Source: Longimicrobiales bacterium
GTDB lineage: Bacteria; Gemmatimonadota; Gemmatimonadetes; Longimicrobiales; Gaopeijiaceae
NCBI GenBank assembly: GCA_965116905.1
Contig: OZ220732.1
Coordinates: 1,984,001 to 2,048,000 of the forward strand
DNA: 64,000 nucleotides
Direction of reading: 5' to 3'
In this document: positions 1 to 6,932 of the stretch, piece by piece
Layout: every line of letters starts with the position of its first letter
Position numbering within the stretch: the stretch's first letter is position 1
Translations under genes and position numbers: made by a program
Notes under the pieces: model-generated
Told to the model about the DNA's origin: nothing
What the model saw: the letters and a program-made list of their open reading frames with translations, nothing else
The model's database searches: none

Positions 1-1
1 G

Positions 2-313
2 GGCCGCCTCGACCCGGAGACCGCCGAGGTCACGGAGTGGGCGAATCCGAGCGGCGAGGGTGCGCGCCCCTACGGCGTCGCCATCGACGAACACGACCGG
101 GTCTGGTTCGTCGAGACCGGGGTGCGCCCGAACCGGTTCGTGGGCTTCGACACCCGCCGCGAGGAGTACATCAGCGAGGTGGACGTGGCCAGCGGGGGCG
201 GGACGATCCGCCACATGTACTTCGATCCGAAGACCAGCACGATCTGGTTCGGCACCGACGTGAACACGGTGGGACGAGCGGTGCTGCCCCCGTTGAGGAG
301 GGTCAGCGAGTAG
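2..313 (+). CDS. Vgb-lyase-like beta-propeller protein, 3' part (runs off window start)
   Basis: Frame 2 reads GRLDPETAEVTEW...PYGVAIDEHDRVWFVETG...TIWFGTD, typical of Vgb/streptogramin-lyase propeller repeats. Confidence 0.65.
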   Translation, partial: GRLDPETAEVTEWANPSGEGARPYGVAIDEHDRVWFVETGVRPNRFVGFDTRREEYISEVDVASGGGTIRHMYFDPKTSTIWFGTDVNTVGRAVLPPLRRVSE

Positions 314-722
314 GGGGGAACCCGATCACTTCGACGCCTACCGACCCGGCAGCCCTGGCAAGCTTGCGGTCCAACGTCGCGAGTCCCCGCTGGTCTCGCG
401 CCGCAAGGTCCAGGTACGCCGCATCGTAGGCTGTCAGACCACAGGTCCGGGCGAGTTGCATGGCCTCGTGGTCACGCGGCGCGTGATCGATTTGGATCCG
501 GAGCGTCTGCAGCATGGAGAGCGCCGCATCCGCATCGCTCGGCACAATCCTGCCGTGCCTCTCCGCTCTCAGGAGCACGTTACGTATCTCCCACCACCAT
601 AGTGCCGGGACGAGAGCCCCGTTTTCCCTGACCACTTCGAGCGCGACATCGGCAGCCCGTGACTGCTCGTCGGACAGGATCCATGCCGCCGTGGTGGAGC
701 AATCGACCACAGGAGTGCTCAC
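303..722 (-). CDS. vapC: VapC-family PIN-domain toxin
   Basis: N-terminal VVDCS, EIRN, LTAYDAAYLDLA, LATLDRKL PIN motifs; 4-bp overlap with upstream antitoxin. Confidence 0.9.
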   Translation of the reverse strand: MSTPVVDCSTTAAWILSDEQSRAADVALEVVRENGALVPALWWWEIRNVLLRAERHGRIVPSDADAALSMLQTLRIQIDHAPRDHEAMQLARTCGLTAYDAAYLDLAARDQRGLATLDRKLARAAGSVGVEVIGFPPTR

Positions 723-1288
723 CGGCGGCCCTCGTCGCGCAGCAAGAGGATTTCAGACACGGTGAGGCAACCGATGCGCGCCCGGAGCGCCCGCAGACCC
801 TCGGCAGCCTCGTCGACCGCCTGTTGATCGGGATAGTCGGCAGGAACCAGCATGGCAGTGGGGCGCCCGCCGTCCTCAACCACCAGTCGCTTGCCCACGT
901 GTCTCAGAGCTCGTTCGACTTGGCGGATATGCGACCGGTGCCGCGGATTCAGGATCTTCCGTACCGCCCCTTCGGTCAACCCCATACGCCCCGCCAGTCC
1001 GACATTGGAGAGCCCCTGGTCACGCATCGCCGCGTAAAGCGCGAGCTTTGCCGCCACCACCAGTGGCACCGCAACCGTAGGCTGTCCTGGCAACACGGTA
1101 CCCGGCGCAGGGATATCCTCGCGCGACCGCATATACGCTCCGAGCGCAACAGCCAGTGCATCTTCGGCCAGCGTCAGAGCTTCAGCTTCATCTTCCCCAC
1201 ATGTGAGGGCTTCGGGGACATCCGGAAAGGAGACGGAGCATCCACCGTCCTCCTCGGCCGTCAGCACACAGGGGTAGGCGTATCGCAT
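719..1288 (-). CDS. HicB-like antitoxin with HTH and a Phd/VapB-like C-terminal tail
   Basis: YPCVLTAEEDGGCSVSFPDVPEALTCG (HicB), HTH LAGRMGLTEGAVRKIL, then GRPTAMLVP...EILLLRDEGRR; start placed at MRYAYP. Confidence 0.8.
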   Translation of the reverse strand: MRYAYPCVLTAEEDGGCSVSFPDVPEALTCGEDEAEALTLAEDALAVALGAYMRSREDIPAPGTVLPGQPTVAVPLVVAAKLALYAAMRDQGLSNVGLAGRMGLTEGAVRKILNPRHRSHIRQVERALRHVGKRLVVEDGGRPTAMLVPADYPDQQAVDEAAEGLRALRARIGCLTVSEILLLRDEGRR

Positions 1289-1572
1289 TGGAAAGCATCC
1301 TCGACCGTACCGGTGCCGCTCAACGAGTTCGACCATATTCATCGGTAATCATCGTACTCAAAGGTACGAATGCAGAGACTCCCTGTCCATCGCCAACCGC
1401 CATTCCCACTTCCCACGATTCCGAACTGCCGCGCCGTATTGGGGCGGCAGTCGCGGGTGGGTTCACCGCTGAGGGAACAATGGCACCGACCCGTGGGCGC
1501 ATGGATAGCTGGATGGGACTAATATGTTGCTTGAACCGTGAGCAGTCCGAACGGCAACAAGGGGGAATCTTC

Positions 1573-2793
1573 ATGTCCACCAATCGTATCGCCCGCCACG
1601 CCGAGGTAGCGGCGTTCCCGAGGCTCGCGCTCTGCGCCGGCCTCCTGGCATACCTCGCTCTCCCCGCCGGGTGCGCCGCTCCTGTGGACCAGGCGCGGGA
1701 CGACACGTCGGCCGCCGGCCAGGCCGCGAGCCAGCCCCCCGAAGCCGATCATTTCGTCCCTTCGACCCCTGAGAACCTTAGTTGGGGCTGGTTCCCGGTC
1801 GACAAGGAGCCCGTGCTGCGCATGCAGTCCGGCGAGACCGTCCGCGTCCACACGCTGACCCATGTGGGCGCGGGCCAGAACGAAGAGCCGGTGGCCTACC
1901 TGACCGGCCGCCTCGGCATCCCGCGCGACGAGATCCTTCAGGACGCGCTGGACTTCTGGGCCACGCGCGACGAACGGCCGCGCGAGGGCCGGAGCGGCCA
2001 CGTCATTACGGGCCCGATCCATGTGGAAGGCGCGGAGCCGGGCGATGTGCTGGCGATCGAGATCCTGTCCATCGAGACGCGCGTCCCGTGGGGGGTCAAC
2101 AGCACGAGCGCACGGGGCGGCGTGTTCTCGACGTCATATCCCGGCTATGCGGAGGGCGATCCCGCGCTGGACATTCCGCCCGGCACCCGCCACGTGATCC
2201 GCACCGGCGAAGTCGACGGCAGGGAAGTGGCCTTCTTTTCCGACGACATCCAGGTCCCGCTCGCGCCGTTCATGGGCATTATGGCGGTTGCGCCCGACCC
2301 GGTGGTGGGCCAGCCTGGCGTGACCGTCCCCGGCGTACAGGGTTCGCGGCCGCCCGGCCCCTTCGGCGGAAACCTCGACGTGAAGGACCTGAAAGCCGGC
2401 ACGACGGTGTATCTGCCCGTGTTCCATCCCGGAGCCCTGTTCTATGTCGGCGATGGGCATGGGGCGCAGGGCGACGGTGAAGTCAGCGGGACCGCCATCG
2501 AACAGTCTCTGACGGGCACGTTCCGCCTCACGGTGCACAAGGACCGCTCCATCGCGGGGCCGAGGGCCGAGACCGACGACCACTACATCCTGATGGGGAT
2601 CGACCTGGACCTGGACCGCGCGGCCCGCCATGCCGTCTGGGAGGTCGTGGACTTCCTCGTCGAGGAGAAGGGGCTCACCCCGGCCAAGGCCCTGTCGCTG
2701 GCTAGCATCGCGGTGGACTTCCGCGTCAGCGAAGTGGTGGACCTGACTCAGGTGGTGTCGGGGTTCATCCCGAAAAAGGTGTTCCTGCGGTAG
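1573..2793 (+). CDS. Acetamidase/formamidase family protein, predicted lipoprotein
   Basis: GHVITGPIHVEGAEPGD, GGNLD, GDGHGAQGDGEV motifs; signal with LPAGC lipobox-like site; purine-rich RBS before ATG 1573. Confidence 0.9.
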   Translation: MSTNRIARHAEVAAFPRLALCAGLLAYLALPAGCAAPVDQARDDTSAAGQAASQPPEADHFVPSTPENLSWGWFPVDKEPVLRMQSGETVRVHTLTHVGAGQNEEPVAYLTGRLGIPRDEILQDALDFWATRDERPREGRSGHVITGPIHVEGAEPGDVLAIEILSIETRVPWGVNSTSARGGVFSTSYPGYAEGDPALDIPPGTRHVIRTGEVDGREVAFFSDDIQVPLAPFMGIMAVAPDPVVGQPGVTVPGVQGSRPPGPFGGNLDVKDLKAGTTVYLPVFHPGALFYVGDGHGAQGDGEVSGTAIEQSLTGTFRLTVHKDRSIAGPRAETDDHYILMGIDLDLDRAARHAVWEVVDFLVEEKGLTPAKALSLASIAVDFRVSEVVDLTQVVSGFIPKKVFLR

Positions 2794-2806
2794 CGGGCCA
2801 TCAGGC

Positions 2807-2861
2807 TGGAGCCAAGGGCCCGGATCGGTGGGACCGTCGTCGCCAGGAGAGAGGGTGGGCG
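2807..2861. repeat. 55-bp direct repeat, copy 1 (preceded by a shared 15-mer at 2779-2793)
   Basis: tggagccaagggcccggatcggtgggaccgtcgtcgccaggagagagggtgggcg is identical to 5066-5120. Confidence 0.95.
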
Positions 2862-2866
2862 ATGAC

Positions 2867-3094
2867 TCAGTCGGCCGCGGCCGTCAGGATCGCGGCGGTG
2901 TTCGCGATCAGCCAGGCGGACGCGGCACAAAGCTGCAGCCAGTCCCCGGGTGAGCTGATCCCTGACGCGAGCACGCTGGCGATCCAGCATAGGCTGGCGG
3001 CCGTTTGGCCGACCCGCTCGACACTCAACGCCTGCTTCATTCGCTTGAGCTTCGGAGCCACGGGCGCCGGGGTGTCGGCACGGTCGGTCAGCAT
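2867..3094 (-). CDS. Small two-TM membrane protein
   Basis: Hydrophobic GQTAASLCWIASVLA...GDWLQLCAASAWLIAN; start overlaps the stop of the upstream oxidoreductase. Confidence 0.6.
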   Translation of the reverse strand: MLTDRADTPAPVAPKLKRMKQALSVERVGQTAASLCWIASVLASGISSPGDWLQLCAASAWLIANTAAILTAAAD

Positions 3095-4215
3095 ACGCAC
3101 TCCTGTCCGCAGCAGGAAAGATCGTCGAGGTACATGCCCCACATCCTGTACATCTCAAGCCCCTCGGCGGGCAGGCCCAGCGAGGTCGCGATCGCCTTGG
3201 CGACGACCGCGAACCGTTGCCGGTACTTGTAGATGAAGCAGAATATGTGCTTGTCGTGCCGCACGGCCGCCCCGCACAGGTAGATCCCGGGGACGATCGT
3301 CGATTCGTCGTGCTTGTTGAGGAGCGGGAATCCGTCTTCTCGTGACTCGAAGTGGTCCATCACGAGCGGATGGCTTCCCGCGAACCCGCCCGCGAGGAGT
3401 GGCTGCACGGGCGTGTGAAAGAGCAGCCCGTCATCCGTGGCGACCTCGAATCCGGCGTAGGCGGTGGCCACAGCGGTGACTGTAGTGTCGGGAAAGAGCT
3501 CCACGTGCTCTGCGTACGAGGGGCGTCGTGTCCGCTCGAGTGAGAAGGTGGAAAGCGCGACGCTGGGATCGGAGCTCTCGGACGCCCATGGCCGCCCCCG
3601 GTCGAAGAGGCGCACCCGCCTGCCGCGCTCGGCCAGGTGGCTGGCGACGTCGACGCCGCTTTCGTAGCCGCCGACGACGATGAAGTCGTCCCCATCCAGC
3701 TCGGCGTAGCTGGGGAGCAGAGCCGTGTGCAGGCACAGCTCGCTGCCCTCGAAGTCGCTCAAGCGCGGGTACTGGAAATCGCCTGCAGCCCAAATGACGT
3801 GCCGGGTCCGCACATGCCCGGCTGTGGTTTCGACCACGAACTCGTCGCCGCTCCGGTCGATCCATAGTACGTCGACGCCCTCCTGGATCGGCAACTCGAA
3901 GTGCTTGGCGATCGCCTTGAGGAAGACCGCATACTCGCGCCCCGTGGGATGCTCGACCCCCAGCGTCACGGCGGCCGAGGTCCCGATCACGACAGAATTC
4001 AGGTCCAGCATACCGACCGAATTCGTCGGGAAAGAAGGTGTGATGAAGCGAGTCTCGGCCGGCCACCGGGCGAACGAAGCGCCCACCGAGTGGCGTTCGA
4101 GCACGACGAAGTTCTCGATCCCTGCGTGCCCGAGTGCGACCGAGACGCCCACACCGGCGGCCCCTGCGCCGACGATGACCACATCGAGCGGGTCGTCGGA
4201 AGCCGGAGCGTTCAT
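3088..4215 (-). CDS. CzcO-like FAD/NAD(P)-dependent oxidoreductase with Cys-rich C-terminus
   Basis: VVIVGAGAAG and VVGGYESG dinucleotide motifs, FCFIYKYRQRF, ends MYLDDLSCCGQECVC. Confidence 0.85.
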   Translation of the reverse strand: MNAPASDDPLDVVIVGAGAAGVGVSVALGHAGIENFVVLERHSVGASFARWPAETRFITPSFPTNSVGMLDLNSVVIGTSAAVTLGVEHPTGREYAVFLKAIAKHFELPIQEGVDVLWIDRSGDEFVVETTAGHVRTRHVIWAAGDFQYPRLSDFEGSELCLHTALLPSYAELDGDDFIVVGGYESGVDVASHLAERGRRVRLFDRGRPWASESSDPSVALSTFSLERTRRPSYAEHVELFPDTTVTAVATAYAGFEVATDDGLLFHTPVQPLLAGGFAGSHPLVMDHFESREDGFPLLNKHDESTIVPGIYLCGAAVRHDKHIFCFIYKYRQRFAVVAKAIATSLGLPAEGLEMYRMWGMYLDDLSCCGQECVC

Positions 4216-4419
4216 CCGGCCACCTCCTCAACCATCTGAGGCTTGGGGAAGGGGTTGGGACGTCCCGCCCAGGCACCGCTGTCGGAGGCGGCAAGGGCTT
4301 TGTCGAGCAGGCATGCGTCGAGTCGCGCGCGGATTGTAACTAGTTGGATCGCTGCTCATCGAACTTCCTCATTCGGGCAGTCCCCACTTATTCGGGCAGT
4401 CCCCACTGCGGAATGCTCC

Positions 4420-4477
4420 TGCAAGCGGCTTGCGAATAGGAAAAATACGCAAGTGCCTTGCATGTGCAAGTGCTTGT
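4420..4477. promoter_or_regulatory. Candidate Fur-family operator palindromes (GCAAG-n3-CTTGC)
   Basis: tgcaagcggcttgcg 4420-4434, cgcaagtgccttgca 4448-4462, partial third copy 4465-4477; between the divergent oxidoreductase and Fur genes. Confidence 0.6.
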
Positions 4478-4517
4478 CCCTTTTCGAACTTCATTTCCGC
4501 CGCGCAGGGGAAGGCCC

Positions 4518-4961
4518 ATGCGAATGACGAAGACCGAGGCCCGTCGGAGGCTGCGCGAGTGCGGTCTGCGTGTGACCGCGCCGCGCCTTGCGGTGTTCGG
4601 TATCCTGGCCGACGCGGACGGTCCGGTGTCCTTCACGCAGGTGCTTGACCTGCTGGGCGACTCGGACTGGGATCAGGCGACGATCTACCGCAACCTGGTC
4701 AAGCTGCGGGAGGCTGGCCTCGCCGCCGTGGTGAGTCGGATGGACGGCATCGATCGATACGCATTCGCGGGAGACCACGCAGACGCAGACGGCCATCGCC
4801 ACCCGCACTTCCTGTGCGAGGACTGCGGCCGGGTGGCGTGTCTGAAGGAGGAACTCACCGCGGCGGCGTCGATCGAGGGGCGGTGGACCGAGTCCATCCG
4901 TGGCGCTATGGTGCAACTCCTCGGCCACTGCCCGGACTGTCTCGCTCAGCCCGATGTCTGA
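4518..4961 (+). CDS. Fur-family transcriptional regulator
   Basis: GLRVTAPRLAV, ATIYRNL, HRHPHFLCEDCG, GHCPDC motifs. Confidence 0.93.
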   Translation: MRMTKTEARRRLRECGLRVTAPRLAVFGILADADGPVSFTQVLDLLGDSDWDQATIYRNLVKLREAGLAAVVSRMDGIDRYAFAGDHADADGHRHPHFLCEDCGRVACLKEELTAAASIEGRWTESIRGAMVQLLGHCPDCLAQPDV

Positions 4962-5065
4962 GATCCGTCAGGCCCGATGGGTCGCTCCCGGGCCAATGAC
5001 GGCGCCCTGGGCCTTGCCGTCTCTGCAGTCAGTCAGGTCCCAGGAGCGTGTTCCTGCGGTAGAAT

Positions 5066-5174
5066 TGGAGCCAAGGGCCCGGATCGGTGGGACCGTCGTC
5101 GCCAGGAGAGAGGGTGGGCGGCGACAGATGTGACGGCCCCGTAACCGATCACGGGCCCTTTTCTATTTGGCTCC
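5066..5174. repeat. 55-bp direct repeat copy 2 (5066-5120), forming the left half of a ~108-nt imperfect hairpin
   Basis: Stems ggagccaa/ttggctcc, gggcccg/cgggccc, gatcggt/accgatc, ccgtc/gacgg, gtcgcc/ggcgac. Confidence 0.85.
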
Positions 5175-5311
5175 CTTTGGTTGGCTCGCGGCTATCCTTG
5201 AGCGTAACGGCCGGCCTTGTCCACGGGCTGCTTGCCGCTGCGGTCGGCCCGGGATGGCGCGACGCCCAGGGTTGAAGTCCCCGCAATAACCCCCAGCATC
5301 GCTCGTCCACT

Positions 5312-5692
5312 TCAGCCCTTGAAGTTGAGCGCCGCGGCCACCCGGGCCTGGTTGTCGTTGAGTGTGATGAACGAGATCGCCCCGGGGTCGGGCGCTGCGT
5401 ACAGTGCGGTCGCAACATGCCAGAGATCGGCGCCGCGCAGATACCCGGCGCCCAGCGCGGTCGTGATCTCGTCGGACAGGGGACGGTTGGTCAGGATCCA
5501 GCCGACCCGGTCGAGCAGATCCGTGGGCACCTGGCACCCCTCGCGGGAGCACGCCGCACGCAACTCGGCCTCGAGCAGGTTCGACGAGATCACGCGCGAG
5601 AAGCCGTTGATCCGGTCCGCGAGGGCATCCGCGCCGTCCTCCCCGAACGCGATGGCGACCATGACCGAGGTGTCCACGTAGGCCACGCTCAT
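5312..5692 (-). CDS. vapC: VapC-family PIN-domain toxin
   Basis: AYVDTS, LEAE, LRGADLWHVATA, FITLND motifs. Confidence 0.88.
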   Translation of the reverse strand: MSVAYVDTSVMVAIAFGEDGADALADRINGFSRVISSNLLEAELRAACSREGCQVPTDLLDRVGWILTNRPLSDEITTALGAGYLRGADLWHVATALYAAPDPGAISFITLNDNQARVAAALNFKG

Positions 5693-5964
5693 TCGCCGCG
5701 CTCCGCGAAGAAGCGCTCGAGTGCGCCCGGCCTCGCGGCGCCCACACGGATCGGCAGGCTCGGATGCTTCGCTGGCACAAGAATCCCCCGTTTCTCAAGC
5801 TCGGCGAAGTGTTCCTCGACGCTCATGGCCCCGCGTTCGAACGGACGGATTTCCGCTACCGGATCGCCTCGGTAAGTGACGGTTACCGTTCCCCCCTCCC
5901 GCACCAGCCGCATCACTTCGGAGAACCTCGCTTTTGCTTCGTAGGTTGAAAACACAGCGTTCAT
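5689..5964 (-). CDS. Phd/YefM-family antitoxin
   Basis: STYEAKARFSEVMRLVREGGTVTVTYRGDPVAEIRP; 4-bp overlap with vapC. Confidence 0.92.
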   Translation of the reverse strand: MNAVFSTYEAKARFSEVMRLVREGGTVTVTYRGDPVAEIRPFERGAMSVEEHFAELEKRGILVPAKHPSLPIRVGAARPGALERFFAERGE

Positions 5965-5978
5965 GTTCGATCCAATCT

Positions 5979-5995
5979 AACCAGTCAGACTAGTT
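5979..5995. promoter_or_regulatory. Palindromic operator candidate for TA autoregulation
   Basis: aaccagtc-a-gactagtt (8-bp arms, 1 mismatch), about 15 bp upstream of the phd start. Confidence 0.5.
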
Positions 5996-6065
5996 TGTCA
6001 ATTTGCTCCGGCGCATCCCGGACACGGACCTCGGAACCCGTGGCCCGCGGGTTCGGAACATATTA

Positions 6066-6932
6066 CTAGCGGATTCCCTCGAGCTGTATTCCGCGCACGA
6101 AATACCGCTGCGTGAACAGGAAGAGCAGCGCGATCGGCAGCACCGCGACCACGCCCGCCGCCATCTGATAGGGCCAGTTGATCTCGTAGGTCGAGTGGAA
6201 GGCGGCGATCCCCACTTCGACGACGCGCATCTCCATCGACCGTGTTGCCAGCAGCGGCCACAGCAGGTTCTTCCAGGCATCGATAAAGGCAAAGAGCGCC
6301 AGCGTGGCCACGGCGGGTTTCGCCAGCGGCAGCGCAACGCTGATGAACACCCTGAACGGACCGGCGCCGTCCACTCTTGCAGCGTCTTCCAGCTCCCGGG
6401 GCAGCGTCCGGAAGTACTGGCGCATCAGGAAGATACCCCACACGGAGACGAGTTCGGTGGAGATCAGGCCGTGGTAGGTGTCGATCCAGCCGAGGGCGTC
6501 GATCAGAAGGAAGCGGGGGATGAGGACGATGACTACGGGCACCATCATGGTGGCCAGGAAGAGCATGAACACCTTTTGCCGCCCGGGAAAGTCGATGCGG
6601 GCGAAGGCATACCCCGCGGTGGTTGCGGTTACGATCTGCCCGGCCACGACGGCCACGGAAAAGACCAGCGAGTTCAGGAAGTACCGCCCGAACGGCTGGG
6701 CGGACAGCGCCTCGGGGTAGTTCGACCAGAGGGGTGCGGCAGGCAGGAATCCCCGGCTCGAGAAGACTTCGAGCTGCCCCATCAGCGAGGTGGCGGCCAT
6801 CCACAGGAATGGCGCCGCCATGACGAGGCAGATGCCCACGAGGAGGGCGGCGCGCAGTGCCGCGACGGTGCGGAGTGCCGGGATGGCGCGGAGGGCCGCG
6901 ACAGTGCGCACGGCGCGTGTGCCGTTACGCAT
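6066..6932 (-). CDS. Carbohydrate ABC transporter permease (MalG/UgpE type)
   Basis: AGYAFAR, LPRELEDAARVDGAG EAA loop, multiple TM segments. Confidence 0.95.
   Translation of the reverse strand: MRNGTRAVRTVAALRAIPALRTVAALRAALLVGICLVMAAPFLWMAATSLMGQLEVFSSRGFLPAAPLWSNYPEALSAQPFGRYFLNSLVFSVAVVAGQIVTATTAGYAFARIDFPGRQKVFMLFLATMMVPVVIVLIPRFLLIDALGWIDTYHGLISTELVSVWGIFLMRQYFRTLPRELEDAARVDGAGPFRVFISVALPLAKPAVATLALFAFIDAWKNLLWPLLATRSMEMRVVEVGIAAFHSTYEINWPYQMAAGVVAVLPIALLFLFTQRYFVRGIQLEGIR

Noticed and set aside
1289..1345. Possible hicA upstream of the HicB-like gene
   Set aside because: No ORF with a recognisable GSH-type HicA motif
5030..5050. tcaggtcc resembles the SRP RNA core
   Set aside because: It lacks the following GGAAGGAAGCAGC motif and the matching helix
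2807..5120. CRISPR interpretation of the direct repeats
   Set aside because: Only two copies, 2.2 kb apart, with no cas genes; the other tandem repeats have no spacers
5041..5200. 6S RNA as the identity of the hairpin
   Set aside because: The outer stem and central bubble are weak and overlap the duplicated gene end; this cannot be supported without a covariance search
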